The notes below the pieces were generated by a model. It worked only from the letters and a program-made list of their open reading frames with translations. It was not told the DNA's origin and did not search any database. From the NCBI GenBank assembly GCA_964016885.1, contig OZ024749.1, positions 24,118,001-24,182,000 on the forward strand: a stretch of 64,000 nucleotides of DNA. Reading direction: 5' to 3'. Below are positions 1 through 13,834 of the stretch, piece by piece; the first letter of the stretch is position 1, and each line of letters starts with the position of its first letter. The DNA comes from Eledone cirrhosa (taxonomy: Eukaryota). The position numbers were made by a program, and so were the translations under genes.

Positions 1-3000
1 GTTTTTTTTATTTGGGTGCCCCGTTTTTTTATTTCCGGGCCCCTTTTTTTATTTGGGCGCCACATTATTTATTTGGAGGCAACGTTTTTTATTTGGGTGC
101 CCCGTTTTTTTATTTGCGTGCCCCATTTTTGATTATGGTGCCCCGTATTTTATTTGGGTGCCCGTTTTTTATGAGGGCGTCCGTTTATTATTTGGGTGCC
201 CGTTTTTTATTTTCGTGCCCCGTGTTTTATTTGGGTGTACGTTTATGGGGGTCAGTTTATATTTGGGTGCCACGACCTTTATTTGAGTGCCCCGGTGTTT
301 TACTTGGGTGCTCCGTTTTTTATTTGGGTGTCCCGTTTTTCTCGGGGGGGGGGGGCTACGTTTTTTATTTGTGTGCCTCTTTTTTTATTTTGTTGTACCG
401 TTTTTTTTATTTTGGTGCTCCGTTTCTTTTTTTGGTGCCCCGTTTTATTTATTTTGGTGACCGGTTTTTTAATGGGGGGTCCCTTATTTGGGTGCCCTGT
501 TTTTTATTAGGGTGCCTCGTTTTTTTATCTGGGTGCCCCGTTTTTTTATTTGCGTGCCCCGTTTTTGATTAGGGTGCCCCGTATTTTATTTGGGTGCCCC
601 GTTTTTTTGTTAGGCTGCCGCGTGGTTTTATTTTGGTGCCCCGTTATTTTATTTGAATGCGGTTTTTTTTTTATTTGGGTGCCCCGTTTTTTTATTTGCC
701 TGCCCCGTTTTTGATTAGGGTGCCCCGTATTTTATTTGGGTGCCCGTTTTCAATTTGGGTGCTCCGTTTTTTTATTTGAATGCCGGTTTTTTTATTTGGG
801 TGCCCGTTTTTTTTATTGGAATGCCCGTTCTTTGTTTGGGTGTCCCGTTTTTTTATTTGGGTGCCCCGTTTTTTTATTTGGGTACCGGTTTTTTTATTTG
901 GGTGCCCGGTTTTTTTTATTTGTTTGCCCCATTTTTTATTTGGGTGACCCGTTTTTTTATTTGGGTGCCTCGTGTTTTATTTGCCTGCCCCGTTTTTTAT
1001 TTGGGTGCCCCGTTTTTTAATTTGGGTACCCGTTTTCAATTTGAGTGCTCCGTTTTTTTATTTGAATGCCGGTTTTTTTTATTTGGGTGCCCTGTTTTTT
1101 TTATTTGAATGCCCGTTCTTTGTTTGGGTCCCCCGTTTTTTTATTTGGGCGCCCCATTTTTTTATTTCGGTGCCCCATTTTTTATTTGGGTGACCCGTTT
1201 TTTTATTTGGGTGCCTCGTGTTTTATTTGGGTGCCCCATTTTTTGATTTGGGTGCCGCGTTTTTTTATTTGGGTGACCGTTTTTTTATGGGGGCGTCCGT
1301 TTTTATATGTGCTCGGTTTTTTTATATGGTTGCCCAGTTTTTTTATGGGGAGGTCCGTTTTTATTTGGGTGCCAGATTTTTAATTTGGGTGCCCCGTTTT
1401 TTGTTTGGGTGGCCCGTTTTTTCATGGGTGGGGGTTCGTTTTTTATTTGGGTGTCCTGTTATTTAATTTAGGTGCCCCGTTTTCTATTTGGGCGCCCCGT
1501 TTTTTATTTGGGTGCCTCCTTTTATTATTTGGGTGCCCCGTATTTGCGTGCCCCTTTTTTTAGGGTGGGTTCCGTTTTTTATTTTGGTGCCTGTTTTTTA
1601 TTTGTGTGCCCCGTTGTTTATTTTCGTGCCCCTTTTTTATTTGGGTGTCCCGTTTTTTATTTGGCTGTCCCATTTTTAATATTTGGGTGCCCCGGTTTTT
1701 TATTTGGGTGCCGCCTTATTTTATTTGGGTGCGCCCTTTTTTTATTTGGGTGCGCAGTTTATTATGGGGGTCCGTTTTTATTTGGGTGCCCGTTTTTTAA
1801 TTTGGGTGCCCCGTTTTTTATTTGGGTGCCCCGTTTTTTAATTTGGATGCCCCGGTTTCTATTTGGGTGCCCCGTTTTTTATTTGGGTGCCGCCTTTTAT
1901 TATTTGGGTGCCCCGTATTTTTATTTGGGCGCCACATTATTTATTTGGAGGCTCCGTTTTTTATTTGGGTGCCCCGTTTTTTTATTTGCGTGCCCCATTT
2001 TTGATTAGGGTGCCCCGTATTTTATTTGGGTGCCCGTTTTTTATGAGGGCGTCCGTTTTTTATTTGGGTTCCCCGTTTTTTATTTGCGTGCCCCGTGTTT
2101 TATTTGGGTGTACGTTTATGGGGGTCAGTTTATATTTGGGTGCCATGACCTTTATTTGGGTGCCCCGGTTTTTTATCTGGGTGCTCCGTTTTTTATTTGG
2201 GTGTCCCGTTTTTCTCGGGGGGGGGGGGGCTACGTTTTTTATTTGTGTGCCTCGTTTTTTATTTTGTTGTACCGTTTTTTTATTTTGGTGCTCCGTTTCT
2301 TTTTTTGGTGCCCCGTTTTATTTATTTTGGTGACCGGTTTTTTAAATGGGGGGGGGGTCCCTTATTTGGGTGCCCCGTTTTTTATTAGGGTGCCTCGTAT
2401 TTTTATCTGGGTGCCCCGTTTTTTTATTTGCGTGCCCCGTTTTTGATTAGGGTGCCCCGTATTTTATTTCGGTGCCCCGTTTTTTTGTTAGGTTGCCGCG
2501 TGGTTTTATTTTGGTGCCCCGTTATTTTATTTGAATGCGGGTTTTTTTTATTTGGGTGCCCCGTTTATTTATTTGTGTGCCCCGTTTTTTTATCTGGGTG
2601 CCCATTTTTTTATTTGGGTGCCCCATTTTTGATTGGGGTGCCCCATTTTTTATTTGGGTGCCCCGTTCATTGTTTGGGTGCCCCGCTTTTTTAGGGGGGT
2701 TCGTTTTTTATTTGGGTGCCCTTTTTCTTTATTTGAGTCCTATGTTTTTTTATTTGAATGCCGGATTTTTTATTTGGGTGACCGGTTTTTTTATTTGGGT
2801 GCCCCGTTTTTTATTTGGGTACCGTGCTTTTTTATTTGGTGCCCGGTTTTTGATTAGAGTGTCCTATTTTTTATTTGGGTGCCCTTTTTTATGGGGGTGG
2901 GGTCCGTTTATGATTTGGGGGCCCGTTTTTTATGGGGTTGGGGTCCGTTTTTTATTTGGGTGCCCGTTTTTTTCATTTGAATCCCGGTTTTTTATTTGGT

Positions 3001-6000
3001 TGATCCGTGTTTTATTTGGGTGCCCCGTTTTTTATTTATGTGTCCGGTTTTTTTATTTGAATGCCGGTTTTTTTATTTGGGTGCCCCGTTTTTTATTTGG
3101 GTGCCCCGTTTTTTTATTGGGGTGCCCCGTTTTTTGTTTGGGTGTCCCGTTTTTTCATGGGTGTTGGTCCGTTTTTTATTTGGGTGTCCTGTTTTTTAAT
3201 TTGGGTGCCCCGTTTTCTATTTGGGCGCCCGTTTTTTATTTGGGTGCCTTCTTTTATTATTTGGGTGCCCCGTATTTGCGTGCCCCTTTTTTTAGGGTGG
3301 GTTCCGTTTTTTATTTTGGTGCCTGTTTTTTATTTGTGTGCCCCGTTTTTAATTTGCGTGCCCCTTTTTTATTTGGCTGCCCCATTTTTAATATTTGGGT
3401 GCCCCGGTTTTTTATTTGGGTCCGCCTTTTTTATTTGGGTGCGCCGTTTTTTTATTTGGGTGCCCAGTTTATTATGGGGGGTCCGTTTTTATTTGGGTAC
3501 CCGTTTTTTAGTTTGGGTGCCCCGGTTTTTATTTGGGTGCCCCGTTTTTTAATTTGGATGCCCCGTTTTCTATTTGGGTGCCCCGTTTTTTTATTTGGGT
3601 GCCGCCTTTAATTATTTGGGTGCCCCGTATTTTTATTTGGGTGCCCCGTTTTTTAGGGGGTGTCCGTTTTCTATTTGGGTGCCGTTTTTTTTTATTTGGG
3701 TGCCCCGTTTTTTTATTTCCGTGCCCCTTTTTTTATTTGATCACCACATTATTTATTTGGAGGCTCCGTTTTTTATTTGGGTGCCCCATTTTTGATTAGG
3801 GTGCGCCGTATTTTATTTGGGTGCCCGTTTTTTTATGAGGGCGTCCGTTTTTTATTTGGGTGCCCCGTTTTTTATTTGCATGCCCCGTATTTTATTTGGG
3901 TGTACGTTTATGGGGGTCAGTTTATATTTGGGTGCCACGGCCTTTATTTGGGTGCCCCGGTTTTTTATTTGGGTGCTCCGTTTTTTATTTGGGTGTCCCG
4001 TTTTTCTCGGGGAGGGGTCCGTTTTTTTATTTGTGTGCCTCGTTTTTTATTTGGTTGTACCGTTGTTTTATTTGGGTGCTTCGTTTCTTTTTTTGGTGCC
4101 CCGTTTTATTTATGTTGGTGACCGTTTTTTTAATGGGGGGATCCCCTTTTTTGGGTGCCCCGTTTTTTATTTGGGTGCCTCGTTCTTTTATCTGGGTGCC
4201 CCGTTTTTTTATTTGCGTGCCCCGTTTTTGATTAGAGTGCCCCGTATTTTATTTGGGTGCCCCGTTTTTTTGTTAGGTTGCCGCGTGGTTTTATTTTGTT
4301 GCCCCGTTATTTTATTTGAATGCGGTTTTTTTTTATTTGGGTGCCCCATTTATTTATTTGCGTGCCCCGTTTTTTTATCTGGGTGCCCATTTTTTTATTT
4401 GGGTGCCCCATTTTTGATTGGGGTGCCCCATTTTTTATTTGGGTGCCCCGTTCATTGTTTGGGTGCCCCGCTTTTTTAGGGGGGTTCGTTTTTTATTTGG
4501 GTGCCCTTTTTCTTTATTTGAGTCCTATGTTTTTTTATTTGAATGCCGGATTTTTTATTTGGGTGACCGGTTTTTTTATTTGGGTGCCCCGTTTTTTATT
4601 TGGGTACCGTGCTTTTTTATTTGGTGCCCGGTTTTTGATTAGAGTGTCCTATTTTTTATTTGGGTGCCCTTTTTTATGGGGGTGGGGTCCGTTTATGATT
4701 TGGGGGCCCGTTTTTTATGGGGTTGGGGTCCGTTTTTTATTTGGGTGCCCGTTTTTTTCATTTGAATCCCGGTTTTTTATTTGGTTGATCCGTGTTTTAT
4801 TTGGGTGCCCCGTTTTTTATTTATGTGTCCGGTTTTTTTATTTGAATGCCGGTTTTTTTATTTGGGTGCCCCGTTTTTTATTTGGGTGCCCCGTTTTTTT
4901 ATTGGGGTGCCCCGTTTTTTGTTTGGGTGTCCCGTTTTTTCATGGGAGTTGGTCCGTTTTTTATTTGGGTGTCCTGTTTTTTAATTTGGGTGCCCCGTTT
5001 TCTATTTGGGCGCCCGTTTTTTATTTGGGTGCCTTCTTTTATTATTTGGGTGCCCCGGTTTTTTATTTGGGTCCGCCTTTTTTATTTGGGTGCGCCGTTT
5101 TTTTATTTGGGTGCCCAGTTTATTATGGGGGGTCCGTTTTTATTTGGGTACCCGTTTTTTAGTTTGGGTGCCCCGGTTTTTATTTGGGTGCCCCGTTTTT
5201 TAATTTGGATGCCCCGTTTTCTATTTGGGTGCCCCGTTTTTTTATTTGGGTGCCGCCTTTAATTATTTGGGTGCCCCGTATTTTTATTTGGGTGCCCCGT
5301 TTTTTAGGGGGTGTCCGTTTTCTATTTGGGTGCCGTTTTTTTTTATTTGAGTGCCCCGTTTTTTTATTTGGATGCCCCGTTTTTTTATTTCGGTGCCGCG
5401 TTTTTTTATTTGGGTGCCCCGTTTTTTTATTTCCGTGCCCCTTTTTTTATTTGATCACCACATTATTTATTTGGAGGCTCCGTTTTTTATTTGGGTGCCC
5501 CATTTTTGATTAGGGTGCGCCGTATTTTATTTGGGTGCCCGTTTTTTTATGAGGGCGTCCGTTTTTTATTTGGGTGCCCCGTTTTTTATTTGCATGCCCC
5601 GTATTTTATTTGGGTGTACGTTTATGGGGGTCAGTTTATATTTGGGTGCCACGACCTTTATTTGGGTGCCCCGGTTTTTTATTTGGGTGCTCCGTTTTTT
5701 ATTTGGGTGTCCCGTTTTTCTCGGGGAGGGGTCCGTTTTTTTATTTGTGTGCCTCCTTTTTTTATTTGGTTGTACCGTTGTTTTATTTGGGTGCTTCGTT
5801 TCTTTTTTTGGTGCCCCGTTTTATTTATGTTGGTGACCGTTTTTTTAATGGGGGGATCCCCTTTTTTGGGTGCCCCGTTTTTTATTTGGGTGCCTCGTTC
5901 TTTTATCTGGGTGCCCCGTTTTTTTATTTGCGTGCCCCGTTTTTGATTAGAGTGCCCCGTATTTTATTTGGGTGCCCCGTTTTTTTGTTAGGTTGCCGCG

Positions 6001-8625
6001 TGGTTTTATTTTGTTGCCCCGTTATTTTATTTGAATGCGGTTTTTTTTTATTTGGGTGCCCCATTTATTTATTTGCGTGCCCCGTTTTTTTATCTGGGTG
6101 CCCATTTTTTTATTTGGGTGCCCCATTTTTGATTAGGGTGCCACATTTTTTATTTGGGTGCCCTTTTTCTTTATTTGAGTGCTATGTTTTTTATTTGAAT
6201 GCCGGATTTTTTATTTGGGTGACCCGTTTTTTTATTTGGGTGCCCCGTTTTTCATTTGGTTACCGCGTTTTTTTATTTGGTGCCCGGTTTTTGATTAGAG
6301 TGTCCCATTTTTTATTTGGGTGCCCTTTTTTATGGGGGTGGGGTCCGTTTTTGATTTGGGGGCCCGTTTTTTATGGGGGTGGGGTCCGTTTTTGATTTGG
6401 GTGCCCGTTTTTTTCATTTGAATCCCGGTTTTTTATTTGGTTGTTCCGTTTTTTATTTGAGTGCCCCTTTTTTTATTTGGGTGCCCGTTTCTTTATGGGC
6501 GTGTCCGTTTGCTATTTCGGTGCCCCGTTTTTTATTTATGTGGCCCGTTTTTTTATTTGAATGCCGGTTTTTTTATTTGGCTGCCCCGTTTTTTTATTTG
6601 GGTGCCCCGTTTTTTATTTGGGTGCCCCATTTTTTATTTGGGTGCCCCGTTTTTGATTAGGGTGCCCCATTTTTTATTTGGGTGCCCCGTTGTTTTATTT
6701 GGGTGCCCCGTTCTTTGTTTGGGTGTCCCGCTTTTTTAGGGGGGGGGGCGTTTTTTATTTGGGTGCCCGTTTTTTATTTGTGTGCCTCGTTTTTTATTTG
6801 GGTGCCCGTTTTCTATTTGGGGGCCCGGTTTTTTTATTTGGGAGCTCCGTTCTTTTTATTTGGGAGCCTCGTTTTTTATTTGGGTGCTGCGTTTTTTTAT
6901 TTGGGTGCCTCGTTTTTTTAGGGGGGGGGGGGTTCAATTTTAATTTGGGTGCTTTTTTTCTTTATTTGGGTGCTATATTTTTTATTTGAGAGTCGGATTT
7001 TTTATTTGGTGACGTGTTTTTTTATTTGGGTGCCCCGTTTTTTATTCGGGTACCCCGTTTTTTTATTTGGTGCCCGGTTTTTGATTAGAGTGTCCCGTTT
7101 TTTATTTGGGTGCCCGTTTTTTATGGGGGTGGGGTCCGTTTTTGATTTGGGTGCCCCGATTTTTATTTGGATGCCCCGTTTTTTTATTTGAATCCGGGTT
7201 TTTTATTTGGTTGATCCATTTTTTATTTGGGTGGCCCGTTTTTTATTTGCGTGCCCGATTTTTATTTGTGTGCCCCGGTTTTTATTTGAATGCCGGTTTT
7301 ATTTATTAGGGTGCCCCGTTTTTTATTTGGGTACCACATTTTTTTATTTGGGAGCCCCGTTTTTTTATTTGGGAGCCTCGTTTTTTATTTGGATGCCGCG
7401 TATTTTTATTTGTGTGCCCCGTTTTTTTATTCGAATCCACGTTTTTTATTTAGGTGTTCCGTTTTTTTTATTTGAATGACAGTTTTTTTATTTGGGTGTC
7501 CCGTTTATTATTTCGGTGCCCCGTTTTTTTATCAGGGTGCCGCGTTTTTTTATTTGGGTGCCCCTTTATTATATTTGAAAACGTCTTTTTTTTATTTGGG
7601 TGCCCCGTTTATTTATTTGGGTGCCCCGTTCTTTTATTTGGGTGCCCCGTTTTTTTATTTGGGAGCCTCGTTTTTTATTTGGATGCCGCGTATTTTTATT
7701 TGTGTGCCCCGTTTTTTTATTTGAATCCTTGTCTTTTATTTGGGTGACCCGTTTTTTTGTTTGGGTGCCCCGTTTTTTATTTGGGTGCTCCGTTTTTTTA
7801 TTTGAGGCCCCGTTTTTTATTTGAATCCCGGTTTTTTAATTGGGTGACCCATTTTTTATTTGTGTACCACGTTTTTTATTTAGGTGCCCCGTTTTTTATT
7901 TGGGTGCCCCGTTTTTTATGGGAGGGGTCCTTTTTTTATTTGGGTGCCCCGTTTTTTATTTGTGTGCCCCGTTTTTTATTTGAATGCCGGTATTTTTATT
8001 TGAGTGCCCCGTTTTTATATATGTTGCCCCGTTTTTTATTTGGGTGCCTCATTTTTTTATTTGGGTGCCCCGTTTTTAATTAGGGTGCCCCATTTTTTAT
8101 TTGGGTGCCCCGTTCTTTTATTTGGGTGCCTCGTTTTTTATTTGGATGCCGCGTATTTTTATTTGTGTGCCCCGTTTTTTTATTTGAATCCTTGTCTTTT
8201 ATTTGGGTGACCCGTTTTTTTGTTTGGGTGCCCCGTTTTTTATTTGGGTGCTCCGTTTTTTTATTTGAGGCCCCGTTTTTTATTTGAATCCCGGTTTTTT
8301 AATTGGGTGACCCATTTTTTATTTGTGTACCACGTTTTTTATTTAGGTGCCCCGTTTTTTATTTGGGTGCCCCGTTTTTTATGGGTGGGGTCCTTTTTTT
8401 TATTTGGGTGCCCCGTTTTTGATTAGGGTGCCCCATTTTTTATTTGGGTGCCCCGTTCTTTTATTTGGGTGCCCTGTTCTTTGTTTGGCTGCCCCGTTTT
8501 TTTAGGGGGGGTCCGTTTTTTTTGGGGGGGGGGGGGGGGTGCCCGTTTCTTATTTGGGTGCTATGTTTTTTTATTTGAATGACGGATTTTTTTTTGGGTA
8601 CTCCGTTTTTTCATTTGGGGCCCGG
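1..8625. repeat. Tandem satellite, ~20-22 bp monomer T(5-8)ATTTGGGTGCCCCG, with higher-order duplications
   Basis: Hundreds of diverged copies of tttttatttgggtgccccg. Blocks recur at offsets of 1785 bp (2535 vs 4320, 2996 vs 4781), 1714 bp (3777 vs 5491) and 463 bp (7757 vs 8220). The array runs off the left edge of the window. Confidence 0.97.
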
Positions 8626-8969
8626 TTTGTGTGTGTGTGTGTGGGGGGGGGGTGTGAGAGAGTAAGCGTATGTGCGTTTCTCGCTCTCGATATATATGTA
8701 TAAATATAAATCTCAGATTTTTCATTAATATAATTTGATAACCCCAATAAGACACCGTCACCGTCACTATATACTACTATATATACAGCAGCGAAATTAA
8801 TGATATATACACCAACGGCAAATACACGGCCCCATCACCAGCACCACCAGCAACACAACAAACATAACAACCATCACCATCATAATCGCCATTAAAATCA
8901 TCTCCACCATTAACGGAACAAAGAAGAAAACATAATGATTAGAGCTCTAACATCTCTGTTTCTACATTC

Positions 8970-9610
8970 CAAAAGGTACCAGTAATGCCCTGGAAATTGC
9001 CGGCCTTGAGCCAAAAGTAGAGACCGGCGTCCGACGCTATGCCTATACTTTCAGTCCACCACATTATATAATAATAACGATTATTATTAATTTACTATCA
9101 TTAGGCGGAGAGATTGGTAATATCGGGAGAGCGTCGAACAGCAGACTACAGCATAGAGTTATGACCCTTTATGTGTTAAGTTCAATCCTGCCGAGGGTAA
9201 CATGGCCTTTCATTGTTACGCGGTCGTTAAAATAATTTGCAAGTGATAAACAAGCCTCGATCTAATCGAATCCCACTCCCGCCAAATTACTGACCTTGTG
9301 CATTAATGAGAAATCATTATTAGTAACCATGTCTTGGTTAAATTTGCCTTTCATCCTTACGAGGTTGATAAAATAAAGTACCAGTAATGCACTGAGTATT
9401 TGCTGGCCTTGTGCCAAAAAGTAGAAATAATTATTAGTAACCATGCTTTGAAGCATAGAGTTACATCCCTTAATGATCTGAGTTCAAATGCCGCCGATGC
9501 TAACTTTGCCTTTCAACCTTAAGGGGTCGATAAAATAAAGTACCAGTAGTGCACCGGTTAATTTCTGGCCTTGTGCCAAACATAGAAACAAATATTAGTA
9601 TTATTATTAG
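8970..9610 (+). mobile_element. Cluster of partial/tandem tRNA-derived SINE copies
   Basis: B-box-like GAGTTCAAATGCC followed by ctttgcctttca..gggtcgataaaataaagtaccagt..gctggccttgtgccaaa..agaaac(aat)n. The same consensus recurs more than 10 times in the window. Confidence 0.8.
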
Positions 9611-9719
9611 TGTTATTCTTGTTGATTCTCGATTCCAGCATTTCTCTCATATGCATCCACAGCAATTGATTTACAGAACCATAGTCAGCTCAAGCATGCA
9701 TCTGTATATATATATATTG

Positions 9720-9777
<58 letters not shown>

Positions 9778-10225
9778 TACGTATAACGTATGTTTGAACA
9801 TAATTAAGTAGGCTTAAATGAAGTCGTACATAATTATATTATCGATAGTAAACGATTCCACCTGCGTATAGATATGTTTTGCATATATATATATATATAT
9901 GAATACGTATATATACATACACACTCATGCACGCATATTTATATATATATATACATAAAATATGTACCTCTTATGTATATACATATCTAAATTCACTCAT
10001 CCATACATCAATACATACATACATACATACATACATACATACATACATACATACATACATACATACATACATACATACATACACCTTGACATCCATTTTT
10101 CTTTTTAACATTCCGCCATATCATGAAAACTGCATTACTCTGTTTCGGATGAACAATATTTACGTCACCCGCTATAAATATCAAAGGGAATATTCATCTC
10201 AGAAATATATGTATGCTATTGTCAG

Positions 10226-10278
<53 letters not shown>

Positions 10279-10279
10279 G

Positions 10280-10315
<36 letters not shown>

Positions 10316-10317
10316 GG

Positions 10318-10450
10318 AATTAGCCGTCGAAACGGCTTGAGCTCAGCCGTCGGGGTCTTACTTGTTCCTATTACCCACTCTACTACCCTAAGTATTGAGT
10401 ACGTTGGGGCGTTATGGTCCACCTGGTTCCTTACCACATTTCCTTCGTTA
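10318..10450 (+). mobile_element. PLE terminal-repeat (pLTR) fragment with the 3' half of a hammerhead
   Basis: GAAA-cggc-ttgagctca-gccg-TC-ggggtc gives stem III plus a GUC triplet, but the CUGANGA half is missing. Same family as 22925-23120 and 41203-41341; flanked by (TA)n. Confidence 0.6.
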
Positions 10451-10515
10451 TATATATATATATATATATTGTGACGAAACATAAGTCAATTGCATGAACT
10501 CATTATCCTTTATTT

Positions 10516-10571
10516 ACTGCTATATATATTTCGATTAGAGCCATTGAATGGCTATGACCTCATCAGGCAGT
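10516..10571 (-). ncRNA. Type I hammerhead ribozyme
   Basis: Minus strand reads actgc-CTGATGA-ggtcat(agccat-tca-atggct)ctaatc-GAAA-tatata-TA-gcagt. Stem I is actgc/gcagt; stem III is the palindrome atatatat. Confidence 0.8.
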
Positions 10572-11469
10572 TAGTCAGTCCTTAGATATGCCAGCTCTGT
10601 GTGTATAGTGTTGATGATATCAGAGCCTTGGGACATATGAGCTATTTTGATGTCAGCAGGAACAGTCTTGATTCTCATTGGTCAGTTTGTAGATGGTAGT
10701 AGGTTGGTAATTGACCTCAAAGAGGCAGGTGGTTCTGTAAGGTTCAAACCATCAGGCAAGATAACAATAGTTCCACATGACTGATTTTCACAAAAGGCAT
10801 TCTTGGTCAGATATATTTTCAAATAGGGTTAATAGTATGAAATAGATACTACAGGTCATTCTTAAATTGAGGAATTTATGTGGAGTGGTGTTACTGAAAA
10901 TTATGGTTGGAGTAGAAAGTTTACAAATAAAAAGGCTTATGTAGGTTGGCTTGCACTACACTCACATCCACCCCACAGACACACACACACATCAACACAT
11001 ACAAAAAGTGGGGTGGAAATACTTAATATAATGGTTAGAGTCCAATACTTGGATAGTTTAGAAAATTCAGAAATAAAAGGCTTATGCTGGTTCACTTGTA
11101 CATACACTCACACCTACCCCCTCAAACACTCACACATCTACACACACAAATCCATACAGGTGTGTATATATATATATATGCATGCATGCATGTACGCACA
11201 AGTATACACATATATATATATATAAAATATATATATACACAGAACATACATATATATAAAATATATACATACAAAAATATAAAAAAATATATATATACAT
11301 AGAATACACACACACACAAAATATATACACACGTAAAACATACATATATATATATATAAAAGACACACACACATACACACATACATATATAAAATATATA
11401 CATACAGATACGCACACATATATAAAATACACATATATATACACATGATATATATATACATATATATAT

Positions 11470-12707
11470 AAAATCAGGTTCAATAAAACATTGTTTAGAT
11501 GACTCCTAACCAGTAAAGGATCCGGTAGACCATCCACCATAGGGACTGCAAACCATGGGTGGTTGTTGTTGTCCATTGGTCATTGGTACGGGGTGTAGCA
11601 GACCTACGGAGGGGGGGGGGGGGCTTGTGGGAGGCCGTAACCGGGGTTTATCCATATAGCTTCAGGAAAGTTCCCGTCCTTAGGTGTCCCCAGGCACCGA
11701 ATAAGTCGGCCTTTCTGTTAATAGCTTGATTCCGCCATGAAGAGACAGAGGTTGCAAATAACAGACCCGCCTCTGTCTGGGGGAACCTTTCTAACCACGG
11801 ACCAGACCAGAGAGTGCGGGGTCTTTTCAAGCTTGAGCTTCCAGATCAATTCAGAAAGGGCCGTACATTTCCTCTTATCTAGTCTGTTAAAGGAATTGCG
11901 ATGGTTAAACCACCGAGCTTTGAAGCTCGTCGCCGTGGATCCTATGTATTGGTGCTCCGAGTTAGGGGTTGTGACCTTGCACCTGTAGACTACGTTTTTG
12001 GTCATGCATTCATTACTAAGGGGGCATAGCGACGGGTCTCTGCAATTACATGACTTCTTAAGCCCACCACATGTACCGCGTGGTTAGCATCACTCGGGGT
12101 TGACTGGGTAGCCTCCGCAATCAGCACAGGGTCGTTGAGTTCCGGTGTGCTAGTTGGGCCTGTCCGGGTTCCGATGCGTCCCGCGTGCTGGTTCTGTTGG
12201 GTGGCTCCGGGGTTTACGGTGGTATTAGAGGGAGTGAGCCTATTCCTATTTATGCCAGCTATGTGCTGGGCTACAGAGTAGGAAAGTCTCACCGTGTGCC
12301 TGTTGAATATTTTATGGTACTTATGGGCCCTAGGGAAATATATATCCAGTACTCTAAAGAATGTTCTAGCCAGGCTGGTACGTAGACCCACCAAGTACGG
12401 AGGGTTATACCATGTGACATTGCTGGTCCTATTCTTGCGGGGTTGTTGGGTGTTCACCGTGGGCCATCGCGTGGTTGTGCACAGCTCAGGTCGAGCTCGG
12501 TTGGTGTCACTTGGGTGTGCGGAGCTGTCACTATCATGAGGGTTATATAGGCCCACCGTGGGGCTATAAACCTGCGAGGTGCGGCCTCCCTGCTCAATTA
12601 GGATTCGACGAGTGTTGGGGCCGGTGCAGGGGTGCCTATACTCCGCAACACAGTGGTGTTCAGCGTTGTAGGTATTAGAGCGGTGGCGTATGCGGGATCT
12701 TCTACGG
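11470..12707 (-). mobile_element. Penelope-like retroelement 3' fragment (RT C-terminal region + GIY-YIG endonuclease), frameshifted
   Basis: ORF 12002..13036 contains [33 protein letters not shown] 11718..12005 contains VVYRCKV..QYIGSTATSFKARWFNH..TALSELIWKLK..CNLCL. Bounded by (TA/CA)n. Confidence 0.85.
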
Positions 12708-12739
<32 letters not shown>

Positions 12740-12760
12740 TATATATATATACACACACAC

Positions 12761-12801
<41 letters not shown>

Positions 12802-12850
12802 TACACACACATATATATATATATTTATATGTATATATATATATATACAC

Positions 12851-12971
<121 letters not shown>

Positions 12972-13299
12972 CATACACACACATATATATATTTATATAT
13001 ATACACACACACATATTTATATATACATACACACACATATATATATTTATATATATATACTCGGATTTATTTCCTAGAGTGCTTAAATTATTTGTGACTA
13101 ATCCCGGTATTTAAAAAAAAAAGACCGCGATGATATTGCTTTTTGCTGAACTCCTTTTGTAGAGTTTTCTTTCGGAATGTTTTTGACTGTTGATTCATGT
13201 AAACAAACATTTGTCTCATTCTGACGTCACCAGCCCTTTTTTTCCACATGTGCGTTTATTTTAATAACCACGCATGATATTAAACTAGCCTGCTTCTAA

Positions 13300-13670
13300 A
13301 TTCCCTTTTTGGCATATTACCAGTGAGACCTTGGTTACCATGTTGAGCTCTGCTGATGAACAAAATCCAACCGTGACCATCCCCACTGAAAGTTTTCGTG
13401 AAATAGTCTTTTCGTGACTATACAGAGCATTTGAAGTTGTCCCAAATTGAAGGTTGGGTACTCTAGATTTTGTTTTATCATGAGTTAAGGCTCTATTGAT
13501 TTTTCCCTGGATTTCTCTAAATTCTGTATCCTGATTCCTTTTGAATTGAGACTGAATTATTTTTCCCATATCTTATGTTAACTATTTTCCCATTTTGACG
13601 CTATAGTCACATATATGTTATGGAATACTGTTAGCTTCTCGCTACAACAGTTTCTATACTTTTCATTTAT
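13300..13670 (+). mobile_element. ~370 bp non-coding HHR-bearing repeat (pLTR-like); second copy at 51093-51475
   Basis: The two copies align by eye from cctttttggcatatt to ttttcatttatata and both end in (TA)n. Confidence 0.75.
13347..13428 (+). ncRNA. Type I hammerhead ribozyme, atypical stem II
   Basis: gctctg-CTGATGA-(40 nt)-GAAA-tagtc-ttttcgt-gacta-TA-cagagc. Stem I is a perfect 6 bp and stem III is 6 bp. Confidence 0.75.
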
Positions 13671-13720
13671 ATATATATATATATATATATTTCGTTTCTG
13701 AATTTGTTTAACAAGATTCT

Positions 13721-13834
<114 letters not shown>

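Noticed and set aside
1-8430. Dozens of overlapping F/L/G/C/P-rich ORFs
   Set aside because: They are translations of an A-poor satellite that lacks stop codons and is open in all three frames.
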